From the NCBI GenBank assembly GCA_037441285.1, contig JBBISL010000005.1, positions 28,869 through 92,868 on the forward strand: 64,000 bases of DNA, written 5' to 3'. The notes below the pieces were generated by a model, which was given only the letters and a program-made list of their open reading frames with translations, made no database searches and had not been told where the DNA came from. The position numbers were made by a program, and so were the translations under genes. Shown piece by piece: positions 55,230 to 64,000 of this stretch; the first letter of the stretch is position 1, and every line of letters begins with the position of its first letter. This stretch comes from a candidate division WOR-3 bacterium (GTDB lineage Bacteria; Hydrothermota; Tepidihabitantia; Tepidihabitantales; Tepidihabitantaceae).

Positions 55230-56606
55230 CTATTTCAGGACGAGAACCTTACGGATGATGCTCTGGTTGTCTTTTGTAATGCGGAGGAAATAGCTGCCGG
55301 GTGTCACGGTCGTGGTGTGCCAGGCATTTTCTTCAGGTCTGGCAATAACCCTGCCCGAGGCATCAACAACGCTCACCGCGATATCGCTCAACCCGGATAT
55401 TTTCACCGTCTCTCCCCGGCGCACAACTGAAGGGTAGATATTAACTCTTTGTAATTCAGCCGATTGGCTTTCGCCAAGACCAAGTGAAACATACTCACGG
55501 ATGACGGTCCACTGGGTTGAGTCTCGATACCGGTCGATGAGTTCTGCTTTTCCGTCGGAGTTGATGTCATACAGGGTCATTTCGCCCCCAACCCACTCAG
55601 TCTGCCAGAACTGCTCATACCGGTCGTTGCCGGTGCAGCGGAATAATCTCACACCCGCACCATCTGTAACCGCAAACTCGGGTCTGCCATCGCCATCCAC
55701 ATCGCCAACGCCGATTGAATTGCCGGGGTATGCCGGATAAAAATAGGTGACCCAGACGAGTTCAAAGGAGTCGTTGCAAGGGGACTCCAGGACACCGAGG
55801 ATGCCCCTGTCATCCGAATCTATCCCGAACACGATTGCCTCGTTTCTGCCATCTCTGTCCATATCCGGCGCTGCACCAAGAGCATGGGGGCGAGCACTGC
55901 TGGGGAGAAGAAATCTGTATTTTACAACCATTGAGTCGTCAGCCACAGCCTCATAAATGTATCCATAGATGTCTTCTAAAACCAGGAGTTCAGGAATGCC
56001 ATCCCGGTCAAGGTCAGGAGTCTGTATGAAGTCCGTTAACCAAGAATGAGATTTACGGCACACAAGGTTATATCTGTCCGGGCCGGTGCACTCATAGACC
56101 TTTATCTCACGAGTAATAATGGATTCTGTATAAAAGGTGACCTCGCGTGCTCCATCCGCATCTAAGTCAGTGATTCTCGCGGGATCAAGCCCACCACAAC
56201 AGGCATATGCTTGCCACACTATTACAGAGGGCAGGGACATTGAATCGGCGCTTTCAAGAACGCTAAGAAAGCCCGTTATTGAGGTTGTGTCTGCTTCTGT
56301 TAACAGGTCGGTCTTACCGTCCTGGTCAACATCCCCAATGTCCCAGACGGGTGTTTCGATATAGCCAAGTGGAAAGGTGTCAAACTGCGAGCCACCAGTG
56401 TATTCCAAGATGTAGTTTGTCCACCCACCTTCTTTGAGGAGCATCATATAGATTTCCTGTTTACCATCGTGGTCGGCATCACCGCACACATACCGGTCCC
56501 AGGCGAAACCTTGCACCCGGGCAATTTCCCGCATCTCAAAAGAGTCAGGGGGGGTGGCAAGCAAGGATAACAGGAACAGAAGCCCCATACGAAATAATAA
56601 TAACAT
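55230..56606 (-). CDS. FG-GAP/VCBS-repeat beta-propeller protein with T9SS C-terminal sorting domain
   Basis: Seven D-x-D-x-DG-xxE calcium-loop repeats (DADHDGKQE, DVDQDGKTD, DLDADGARE, DLDRDGIPE, DMDRDGRNE, DVDGDGRPE, DINSDGKAE). Start at the internal Met (MLLLFRMGLLFLLSLLA signal peptide, AGGGG RBS). C-terminus GSYFLRITKDNQSIIRKVLVLK. Confidence 0.7.
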   Translation of the reverse strand: MLLLFRMGLLFLLSLLATPPDSFEMREIARVQGFAWDRYVCGDADHDGKQEIYMMLLKEGGWTNYILEYTGGSQFDTFPLGYIETPVWDIGDVDQDGKTDLLTEADTTSITGFLSVLESADSMSLPSVIVWQAYACCGGLDPARITDLDADGAREVTFYTESIITREIKVYECTGPDRYNLVCRKSHSWLTDFIQTPDLDRDGIPELLVLEDIYGYIYEAVADDSMVVKYRFLLPSSARPHALGAAPDMDRDGRNEAIVFGIDSDDRGILGVLESPCNDSFELVWVTYFYPAYPGNSIGVGDVDGDGRPEFAVTDGAGVRLFRCTGNDRYEQFWQTEWVGGEMTLYDINSDGKAELIDRYRDSTQWTVIREYVSLGLGESQSAELQRVNIYPSVVRRGETVKISGLSDIAVSVVDASGRVIARPEENAWHTTTVTPGSYFLRITKDNQSIIRKVLVLK

Positions 56607-56739
56607 ATCCCCTACCGCTGTCAAGGTTTGAAGGAAGCCAGACCCGTCTGCGGGTGTCGCAGGCAAAGGAGGTGAAGAGAAGAACATAAAAGGCAGGAAA
56701 AGGTCTGAGGCTCGACAAAAACAATGAAAGGAGTAAAAA

Positions 56740-59700
56740 GTGAAAAGGTTTGTAGCAGTGTGCGCCGTCCTGGTTATCGCAACGACGGCATATGCGGGTG
56801 ATGCTTACCCGCTGTTTTACAGATGGGTGATAGGACCCGCGAGTTTGGTAGAGAGATGCCAAGATTCCTTGGAGTGCACCGCCAATAACGGCTGGGCGCT
56901 GTGCGAACAAACTGCCGACGGCAACATCGGTCGCATCCATATTGTATACACGAAATGGACAGGTAGGGTGAGCAAGGTGTACACCAGGTACACCACTGAC
57001 AGAGGGAAAAGTTGGTCCTCTATCAGAAATCTCTCCTATTCCGACAGCGCGCGGGATGCGGCGATAGCCTGTCTTGGCTGTACCCTTGCGGTGGCATTTT
57101 CGGATATATGGAGAGGTATGAGGCATATGATGTACGCCCAGGACACGGGCCGTAGCGGCACCAGGTGGTTAACATACGGGGAAAAGCCTCTCTCGGATGA
57201 TGATACGTCGCAGTTTGACAACCGGCATCCGTCGGTCGCGGTTACCTGGAGAGCGAAGTCTGATGAAGACAGTTCGGACGCTCGCTACGGGGCTTTGGCA
57301 CGGATAGCGTGGATAGATTCAGTGGACGCCACAAATCCAAGAGGTCGTGACGCTTGGATGACCGAGTTCACTGTTAATATGCACAAGTTGGGCACTACTT
57401 GGTGGGAGGAGTATGTGTCGGACAGCTGGGCAGAATACCCATCAGTCTGTTGGAATGGTGTTCGGGATAAAGTCAATGATGCCTGGTTTGCATTTGAAGG
57501 AATAGGTACCGCTGGGTCTGACCACGAGATATTCGTTTTACGTTCCATTCCTAACGCTGGGAAAATTCCGAAGCTACTCACAGACAACGCTTGTTATGAC
57601 GGCCGTCCCTGCATTCAGATTCTTGATACCATCCCACCCCAAGACCCAAATGGGAGTGAGCGAATGGACACGGTCATTACCGTTTACGAGAGTAAGCCTG
57701 GGAACCGTACCAGAATTTACCGGAAACGATGGCACTTTGATAGTAACGGCATTGTTAAGGTGGACACAAGTGGCGAGGCGTTTCCTAACTGGAATAGTAC
57801 CTGGAACATCGGGCGGCCCAACATCTGGCGCCGACATTATCCGCCCAATAACGCCAACGATACGGTGTTTATGGTGTTTGCCGGTGAGTATCCTACAGGA
57901 CTCGCCCAGTTCTGGAGTATCTCTATAAACCGAGGTGACAACTGGAAGACCCCGGAGCGTGTGGTGGGTCCGATAAGTCCGAACGCATCCATCATCGGCG
58001 GTTACCGGTATGCAAACATCCTGGCTTCGCTTCACTACAGAGGTTGGCATTACCTTGTTTTCTTTCCTGTTTCCTACGTCAATGTAGGTGAAATTGGGGA
58101 TGATGCGGTGGTGGCTCCAACAGGTCGTCTTCTTCAGCGAGACGCATCGTGCAGCCCCAGACTTTGGTGTGTAGGTAGTACCGGCGAGTATCCTCTCGTA
58201 TTGACCAGCACTGACAACGGACTTAACTGGGAAAACTACGGCAGTCCTGGCTGGGGCGATTCTCCTGCCCTATCACTTGACTCCGACACCATGCCCGTCG
58301 CGGCATTTATGGACAGTAATTCCCTTTACTGCAGCCAACCTACTATTGATAAAACCATCTGGTGTCCGATAAAAGTCTATGAGGCGGTTGCCGGTGAGGT
58401 AATCAGAACACCTTCGGTTGCGCTTTATCCGGGCAAGGTGAGCGGTGTGAAGGTGGCGGCGGTTACTTTTGCGGTCTATGACACGGTAGCGGGTACATCA
58501 AAGATTATGTTTGCGAAGGTTGACACAGGCACGGTCATCCTGGATACGATTGATACCAGAAATGACCTCACGGATAGTTTTCCCTGCATCAGCATCGCTA
58601 ACACCGACTCGGTTTATGTAACCTATCAGCGGGGAACCGAAGTGGTGGGCAGCGCCCTTTTTGACTACGCTGCCGCTTCTACAGAAAGACCGCCAGTCTG
58701 GAAAGCGCTTGGTGCAATCGGCGAGGGGTATCATCCGATGTCAGAGATTGAGGGCGGAATTCTCCACTGTGTCTGGACAAAACGGGTAGAGAATAATAAT
58801 GTGCCAGACACTATGGTTATCTCCCACTCAACCTTCGATGTTAGCGACTCTCCGCAGTTTTCCGGCTGGCAGGCGGGTGCAACCCTAAGTTGTCGAGACA
58901 CAACAGACAAGGCGAATCCGGTTTATGCCGGGATTGGGGTAACGGTCTGGAACGAGCTGGTGAATGGCAAATGGGCAATTAAAGCCAAAGTCAGGGATAG
59001 CATCCGAACGTTTGTAGCAAACAGCCATAACTGCCGCTATCCCCAAGCGCTGGCTGAATCCAGCGCCATATCTCCATCTATTGACCAGATCAGATTGGCG
59101 GTGTTATGGTACGAAGAAGTTGCGCCCGACACCACGGTGTTGGGTTTCAAAGTTGACTCTTTCAATATCTCTCATGCGCGCGCGAATGCCACAAGTATCA
59201 ACAATGGGACAAAGTTAATCCGCAAGGCTAACTCAGACTCACTCTTTGCGGTCTATACCGCCCTTGACGGTGCAGTGATGTTTGCCCGAAGTGCGAATGG
59301 TGACTCGTGGAAAAGAGATGTCCTTGCTGAAGGTTGTGAGTTCCCAGCGATTGCGGAGGACGGCACGGGTAGGAAATGGGCGGTGATGAACTATACGGGC
59401 AACACCCACGCCAACGGAGTTGAGGCACGCTATCTCAATACCAACGACACTTGGTCAAATGCTCAGACCGTTTATTCCTTCTCGAAGCAGGGTTCGGCAG
59501 GACCGGTTGCCATTGCCGCCACTTCTGATGGAAGTAACCCCTGCTGTTATGCCGCATTCCTTTATAACAACGGCGCAGGTAATAAGTTTCTTATTGTGGC
59601 GAAGTTTAACGGTGACAGCCTGAGAATAGATACGGTTGCTAATGGCAGTAATCTTGGTGACCCGGCGATTGCAGTTGAGCCTGATGCTCAAGGGGACTAC

Positions 59701-60582
59701 CTCCATCTGGTCTGGAGTGATAATGGCGAGGTGAAATACACGATGAGCGAGAGCCGGATTCAGGCAAACAACTGGAGCAGCGGTTTCCCTTCAGATTGGA
59801 AGGACGCGATCAATCTCTCCAACAGCCAAGTGCCGTCTGTTCATCCGGTGATTGGTGCGAATGAGAGCCGGGTTGTTGTCAGTTGGGCTGAGGGTGTAAT
59901 CCCGGATGTCTTTGCCCGCCAGCGCTTAACCTCTGATGATTACAACAACTGGCAGGAAGCGGTCAATCTGAGTAACACTCAGGACTACATTTCCGACTAT
60001 CCGACGATCGCTATAGGTGATACAGTGCTTATTTCCTATCAGGAGGAGGGCGAGAATGGGGACTATGACATAATGGTTGCGGTTGAGTTCAATGAGCCAC
60101 TCAACATCTGTGACAATCCTACCGCCTCAACCTATCCGCAGGTGCTATTCCAGAAGAAGCCATCGGGCGACACTACTATTCCCTACCTCCACTGCATCTG
60201 GAGTGAAGAGCCGTCTCAGAACTACTACGAGGTGCGCTACCACAAGTTGAATCTCAAACAGACCGGTGGAGGTGGCCAGCAAAGTGGCGCTGGGTTTGAA
60301 CTATTGGCACCCAGACTCTATCAGAGTGCGCCCAACCCGTTCTCAACAAGGATGCAAATCAGATACCAGATTGGTCAGGAGGGTGATGTCCGGCTTAAGG
60401 TTTATGATATTCAGGGTAGACTGGTCAAGAGTCTGGTAAGTGCCAAGCAGCGACCTGGCAGTTACAGTGTAATCTGGGATGGCAGCGATGAGCGCAATCA
60501 GCAGGTTCCCAATGGCATCTACTTCTATCGTATATACGCACCGGGGATTAATGATACGAAGAAAGCGGTGCTGATGAGATAA
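56740..60582 (+). CDS. 1280-aa BNR/Asp-box (sialidase-like beta-propeller) repeat protein with T9SS C-terminal sorting domain
   Basis: Signal peptide present. Asp-boxes TDRGKSWSS, INRGDNWKT, STDNGLNWEN and SANGDSWKR. C-terminus NGIYFYRIYAPGINDTKKAVLMR. Confidence 0.7.
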   Translation: MKRFVAVCAVLVIATTAYAGDAYPLFYRWVIGPASLVERCQDSLECTANNGWALCEQTADGNIGRIHIVYTKWTGRVSKVYTRYTTDRGKSWSSIRNLSYSDSARDAAIACLGCTLAVAFSDIWRGMRHMMYAQDTGRSGTRWLTYGEKPLSDDDTSQFDNRHPSVAVTWRAKSDEDSSDARYGALARIAWIDSVDATNPRGRDAWMTEFTVNMHKLGTTWWEEYVSDSWAEYPSVCWNGVRDKVNDAWFAFEGIGTAGSDHEIFVLRSIPNAGKIPKLLTDNACYDGRPCIQILDTIPPQDPNGSERMDTVITVYESKPGNRTRIYRKRWHFDSNGIVKVDTSGEAFPNWNSTWNIGRPNIWRRHYPPNNANDTVFMVFAGEYPTGLAQFWSISINRGDNWKTPERVVGPISPNASIIGGYRYANILASLHYRGWHYLVFFPVSYVNVGEIGDDAVVAPTGRLLQRDASCSPRLWCVGSTGEYPLVLTSTDNGLNWENYGSPGWGDSPALSLDSDTMPVAAFMDSNSLYCSQPTIDKTIWCPIKVYEAVAGEVIRTPSVALYPGKVSGVKVAAVTFAVYDTVAGTSKIMFAKVDTGTVILDTIDTRNDLTDSFPCISIANTDSVYVTYQRGTEVVGSALFDYAAASTERPPVWKALGAIGEGYHPMSEIEGGILHCVWTKRVENNNVPDTMVISHSTFDVSDSPQFSGWQAGATLSCRDTTDKANPVYAGIGVTVWNELVNGKWAIKAKVRDSIRTFVANSHNCRYPQALAESSAISPSIDQIRLAVLWYEEVAPDTTVLGFKVDSFNISHARANATSINNGTKLIRKANSDSLFAVYTALDGAVMFARSANGDSWKRDVLAEGCEFPAIAEDGTGRKWAVMNYTGNTHANGVEARYLNTNDTWSNAQTVYSFSKQGSAGPVAIAATSDGSNPCCYAAFLYNNGAGNKFLIVAKFNGDSLRIDTVANGSNLGDPAIAVEPDAQGDYLHLVWSDNGEVKYTMSESRIQANNWSSGFPSDWKDAINLSNSQVPSVHPVIGANESRVVVSWAEGVIPDVFARQRLTSDDYNNWQEAVNLSNTQDYISDYPTIAIGDTVLISYQEEGENGDYDIMVAVEFNEPLNICDNPTASTYPQVLFQKKPSGDTTIPYLHCIWSEEPSQNYYEVRYHKLNLKQTGGGGQQSGAGFELLAPRLYQSAPNPFSTRMQIRYQIGQEGDVRLKVYDIQGRLVKSLVSAKQRPGSYSVIWDGSDERNQQVPNGIYFYRIYAPGINDTKKAVLMR
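60405..60490 (+). repeat. Duplicated CTD-coding segment (copy 1)
   Basis: GACTGGTCAAGAGTCTGGTAAGTGCCAAGCAGCGACCTGGCAGTTACAGTGTAATCTGGGATGGCAG is ~95% identical to 62907-62992. Confidence 0.65.
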
Positions 60583-60675
60583 AAAGAAAGAGGCGGGTGG
60601 CTGATGCAGAGACCCCGCCTTGGGTGAGTTAATTGACAGGAAAAGGGGATGAGGTAAAATGAGATAAAGGTCTGC

Positions 60676-63099
60676 GTGCGGAATAAAATCCTATTCTTGG
60701 TGTGTCTTATGATAGTGGCTGGTTCAGCCCAGTTTCTGGAGACGACCGTGTTCCTTCCTGATTCGTTTGGCGGTTTAGTTCATCCTCGGTGTCTGGAGTT
60801 CAATCCTAACAGCAGGGTCGTTTATGTGGGCGGTGAGGCGGGTGAGTGTGTGATTGCCTTAGATGCGCGGACCGGTGAGAAGGTTGCCCGGATTCCGGCT
60901 GGCAAGTGGATTGGTTCTATGTGTTACACCAACGGCAGAAATAAATTGTATTGTGCCAATGAATCCAGTCGGACCGTAACTGTGATAGACTGTGGCACCA
61001 ACTCACCACTTACCACTTTAGGGACAAGGTCTGTACCACTTTCCCTTTGTTATAACCCGGTTCGCGGCAAGGTCTATTACACAAACTGGACTTGGCCCGA
61101 CTCAACGGTTGCGGTTCTGGATGAGAGGTCAGATAGCCTCTTGAGGTTAATTTCGGTATCTTACCTCCCAAAGGGGATTGCCTATGTCGAAGGTATTGAC
61201 CGGATATATGTTGGAAGCTTGGATTACTATAACAACTATATTTGTGCTATTGACGGTGCAGGAGATTCGGTCATCCATAGAATCCCGGTAGGCTGTTTCT
61301 ATACATTTGCTTACAATTCGGAAAATGATAAACTTTATGCTTCCAATCCATCTGAGGTTCTTATATTGAAACCCGGTCCGGATACAGTGCTCGCCAATAT
61401 TTCCGTGGGTGGGTATCTTGAGGCGCTAATTTACAACCGGTTTGTAAACAAGGTCTATTGTGCGAGAAGGGACGATAACGAAGTGTGGGTTATTGATGGT
61501 AAGGACGACACTGTCCTAAAGCGGTTGAGGGTAGGAGGAACGCCCGTTGCCCTGGGTTTTAATTCTTCTTTAAACAAGGTTTACTGCGCCAATTCTGCCA
61601 GTGGGTCGGTTAGTGTGATAGATGGTTTCAGAGACACCATCCGGGCAACGATTGCGGTTGGGGTCCAGCCCTGGGCTTTGCTTTACGACTCGGCTGACAA
61701 TCGTTTGTTCTGCGCGAACCGGGGTAGCCATACTGTAACGGTGGTTGACGGTTCTACTGAGAGCGTGCTTGGCAATGTTGTGCTCGGCGATAACCAGCGC
61801 GCAATATGCTTTGCTGCGGGGCACAACAAGGTTTACTGTGCGAACCTGCATAGCGGTCTGGTTACGGTGGTGGACTGCGCAAGGAATAAGGTCGTCGCCA
61901 ATCTCAAAGTCGGAAACTCTCCGGGGGCGTTGGGTTATAATCCGATAGCCAACAGGGTTTACTGTGCTAACGAAGCAGACCGGAGCTTGATTGTGATTGA
62001 TGTTCTTGGCGACTCGGTTGTTACCTCTATTCCGGTGGGTAGCGGACCTCGTGCCCTGTGCCAAAATCCGGTTGAGAATAAAATGTATTGTGCCAATTAT
62101 GGTTTCTGGCCCGAGCAGGACTCAACCGTAACTGTGATAGATGGCGAAGCGGACACGGTGATTAAGACAGCATTCGTTGGCAATCGTCCCATCGCCCTGT
62201 GTTATAATTCACAGGCAAACAAGGTCTATGTCGCGTGTTACGGTGCAGAGCGAGTGGCGGTGATTGACGGAACTGCGGATACGATGTTAAAGGCACTTAG
62301 GGTTGGACGGTTGCCATCGGCGCTGTGCTATAATCATCTGAGGAACAAGGTATATTGCGCATCATCCTGGTCGGATGAGGTGGCGGTGATTGACGGCGCT
62401 CAAGACTCGGTGATAAGAAGGGTGGGGGTAGGTGCATTTCCTTCGGCGCTGGTGTATAATCCGGCAAATGACCAGGTCTATTGTGCTAACTTGTTAGGCG
62501 GAACGGTAAGTGTGATTGACTGCGCTGTTGACTCGGTGATTGCGACAATCAATTTATATGGCAAGCCGGTCGCCCTGAGTGTGGATACAATAAGGAACCG
62601 GGTTTATTGCGCGGACTCTGCTTTAGACCGTGTGTGGGTAATTGATGGTCGTATAAATCAGAGAATTCGGGAAATCCTTACTGGCATTGACCCGGTGGCG
62701 ATGGTTTTTGTTCCGGCTTATGGACGGACATATATTGCCAACTATAACAGCTCAAGCCTTTCGGTAATTCGGGATACGACGACAGGAATCGCCGAAGGAT
62801 ATCAGGTAACACCTTCAATGTCCGGGATATTTATCCACCCGTTTGCTGGTTATTTAACGGTCCGCTATCAAATTCCTTTCGGAGGTAATGTGCGCTTGAG
62901 ACTCTATGACACTCAGGGCAGACTGGTCAAGAGTCTGGTAAGTGCCAAGCAGCGACCTGGCAGTTACACTATAATCTGGGATGGCAGAGATGAGCAAGGC
63001 CGGATAATGGCAAATGGTGTCTACTTCTACCGGCTTGATGCGCCCCATTTCAGCGACACTAAGAAGGCGGTTTTTTGCAATAGACAGAGGCAAAATTAG
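60676..63099 (+). CDS. YVTN-family beta-propeller repeat protein (~14 repeats) with T9SS C-terminal sorting domain
   Basis: Promoter TTGACA-16-TAAAAT lies upstream. Repeated ~40-aa units N-KVYCAN-x-x-SG-x-VSVIDG-x-x-D-x-V. The C-terminal ~60 aa are nearly identical to those of the preceding gene. Confidence 0.7.
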   Translation: MRNKILFLVCLMIVAGSAQFLETTVFLPDSFGGLVHPRCLEFNPNSRVVYVGGEAGECVIALDARTGEKVARIPAGKWIGSMCYTNGRNKLYCANESSRTVTVIDCGTNSPLTTLGTRSVPLSLCYNPVRGKVYYTNWTWPDSTVAVLDERSDSLLRLISVSYLPKGIAYVEGIDRIYVGSLDYYNNYICAIDGAGDSVIHRIPVGCFYTFAYNSENDKLYASNPSEVLILKPGPDTVLANISVGGYLEALIYNRFVNKVYCARRDDNEVWVIDGKDDTVLKRLRVGGTPVALGFNSSLNKVYCANSASGSVSVIDGFRDTIRATIAVGVQPWALLYDSADNRLFCANRGSHTVTVVDGSTESVLGNVVLGDNQRAICFAAGHNKVYCANLHSGLVTVVDCARNKVVANLKVGNSPGALGYNPIANRVYCANEADRSLIVIDVLGDSVVTSIPVGSGPRALCQNPVENKMYCANYGFWPEQDSTVTVIDGEADTVIKTAFVGNRPIALCYNSQANKVYVACYGAERVAVIDGTADTMLKALRVGRLPSALCYNHLRNKVYCASSWSDEVAVIDGAQDSVIRRVGVGAFPSALVYNPANDQVYCANLLGGTVSVIDCAVDSVIATINLYGKPVALSVDTIRNRVYCADSALDRVWVIDGRINQRIREILTGIDPVAMVFVPAYGRTYIANYNSSSLSVIRDTTTGIAEGYQVTPSMSGIFIHPFAGYLTVRYQIPFGGNVRLRLYDTQGRLVKSLVSAKQRPGSYTIIWDGRDEQGRIMANGVYFYRLDAPHFSDTKKAVFCNRQRQN
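62907..62992 (+). repeat. Duplicated CTD-coding segment (copy 2)
   Basis: See copy 1. The flanks diverge, so the identical core suggests gene conversion or recent duplication. Confidence 0.65.
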
Positions 63100-63124
63100 C
63101 ATCTGTCAAGGATGGGTCGGCAAT
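63089..63124. repeat. 36-nt element (copy 2) spanning the stop codon of the YVTN gene
   Basis: AGAGGCAAAATTAGCATCTGTCAAGGATgGGTCGG. It supplies the last codons (..RQN-stop) of the YVTN protein, which therefore has a C-terminal tail that its paralog lacks. Confidence 0.6.
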
Positions 63125-63180
63125 GATTTCTTGACCGGCAATCGGATTTGGATAGAATGGTAGAAACAAAAGGAGGTCTA

Positions 63181-64000
63181 ATGAGTTTAACTCGGTTTTT
63201 TGTTTATGCCCTCCTTTTCGTTACCATCGGAACGGCGGCACCGATTGAGCCGCTTTTGATGGAGCGGATGGGAAAGGCACAGGCCGATGAGTATCTGCCG
63301 GTGATGGTTGCGCTCAAGGAGCAGTTTGATGCGGTGTCGGTCATCAACACCGTGAAGAACAAGGAGGCGCGCTGGCAGATAACGGTCAACGGTTTGAAGG
63401 AACTGGCGACGCGGAGTCAGGCGGGTTTGTTAGCGGAACTTGCCGGATTTGAGCGTCAGGGTAAGGTGCGCAATGTGAACCCCCTGTGGATTGTCAATGC
63501 GGTTTACTTTGAGGCGACGAGCGATGTAATTTTGCAGTTAAGTGAAAGGCCGGATGTTTGGTTCATTCAGTGGGATTTGATTCCGACTGAGAATGCGTTA
63601 GGGGTTGATGTCAAGCGACCGGCGGCTGATGTTACCGGCGGTACCTTCGCCATTGAATGGCATGTGAAGAAGGTGAAGGCGGATAGCGTCTGGTTTGTTT
63701 ATGGCTATACCGGCGAAGGGGTGGTGATTGGCAACATCGACACCGGTTGCGACTACAACCATTCCGACCTTGCCGACCATATGTGGGAGGACCCGAACTA
63801 TCCGTATCACGGCTGGGATTTTGAAAACAATGACAACGACCCGATGGATGAGAATGGCCATGGCACGCACACCTGCGGTATTAATGCCGGTGATGGCACC
63901 GGCGGTGATACCACCGGAATGGCGCCCAATGCCCGGATTATGACGATTCGGACTAAGACCAGTCTGGAGCAGCCGTTTCCTGATACGATTGCGGAGAATA
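63181..64000 (+). CDS. Subtilisin-like serine peptidase (S8) with N-terminal propeptide, 3'-truncated by the window edge
   Basis: Promoter TTGACC-16-TAGAAT, then AAGGAGG 5 nt before the ATG. Signal peptide present. Catalytic Asp box VVIGNIDTGCDYNHSDL and His box HGTHTCG. The frame is open to the window end. This ORF is absent from the supplied track because it has no stop. Confidence 0.75.
   Translation, partial: MSLTRFFVYALLFVTIGTAAPIEPLLMERMGKAQADEYLPVMVALKEQFDAVSVINTVKNKEARWQITVNGLKELATRSQAGLLAELAGFERQGKVRNVNPLWIVNAVYFEATSDVILQLSERPDVWFIQWDLIPTENALGVDVKRPAADVTGGTFAIEWHVKKVKADSVWFVYGYTGEGVVIGNIDTGCDYNHSDLADHMWEDPNYPYHGWDFENNDNDPMDENGHGTHTCGINAGDGTGGDTTGMAPNARIMTIRTKTSLEQPFPDTIAEN

Noticed and set aside
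50474-56621. CTGTCAAGG motif seen at four places (50474, 54869, 56613, 63105), considered as a shared regulatory box
   Set aside because: Two of them are simply the TTGACA of ordinary -35 boxes on the minus strand. The 56613 copy is 12 nt from an ATG inside an RBS region. Only the 36-nt repeat pair shows extended identity.
1-64000. CRISPR arrays, rRNA, tRNA, transposases, integrases and phage genes
   Set aside because: No direct-repeat/spacer periodicity, no tRNA-like cloverleaf signatures in intergenic gaps, and no DDE, tyrosine or serine recombinase motifs in any ORF. The window looks like core chromosome.

Overview
This is a high-GC (roughly 58%) bacterial chromosomal window with genes packed on both strands. 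The organism is a diderm that appears to use a type IX secretion system (T9SS). About a dozen proteins end in the same ~80-90 aa T9SS-type C-terminal sorting domain (CTD). These include a C11 clostripain-like peptidase, a C25 gingipain-like protein, Kelch, YVTN, FG-GAP and BNR beta-propeller proteins, a 918-aa tandem-repeat protein and a thioredoxin-fold protein. A PorV/PorQ-like outer-membrane barrel sits among them.

Housekeeping content includes ileS, truA, lepB, parA-parB, an M23 peptidase, a DksA/TraR zinc-finger protein, a YgjP-like hydrolase, a nitroreductase, a Na/Pi cotransporter and an orphan solute-binding protein. There is also an Rrf2-ferredoxin-hcp (hybrid cluster protein) operon.

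The most unusual content is:
(i) a co-directional block of seven lipoprotein or secreted genes (15688-21280). Three are LpoB/TolB-N-like, two are LPP20/FlgP-like, one is TPR-like and one is small. It is followed directly by an OM barrel + LolD-like ATPase + two FtsX permeases + LolA-like module (21364-26229);
(ii) a sensor kinase and sigma54 activator pair, followed by a consensus -24/-12 promoter that drives a four-repeat helical protein and an outer-membrane barrel;
(iii) a TlpA-like redoxin whose first CxxC cysteine codon is TGA. It has a hairpin 10 nt downstream and a 1-nt frameshift, so it is either a candidate selenoprotein or a decaying gene;
(iv) a HemW-like radical-SAM homolog that has lost all three cluster cysteines.

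I saw no rRNA, tRNA, CRISPR array, transposase or integrase. Starts marked GTG or TTG come from the ORF track plus my reading of ribosome-binding sites. Family assignments are from motif recognition by eye, not from searches.
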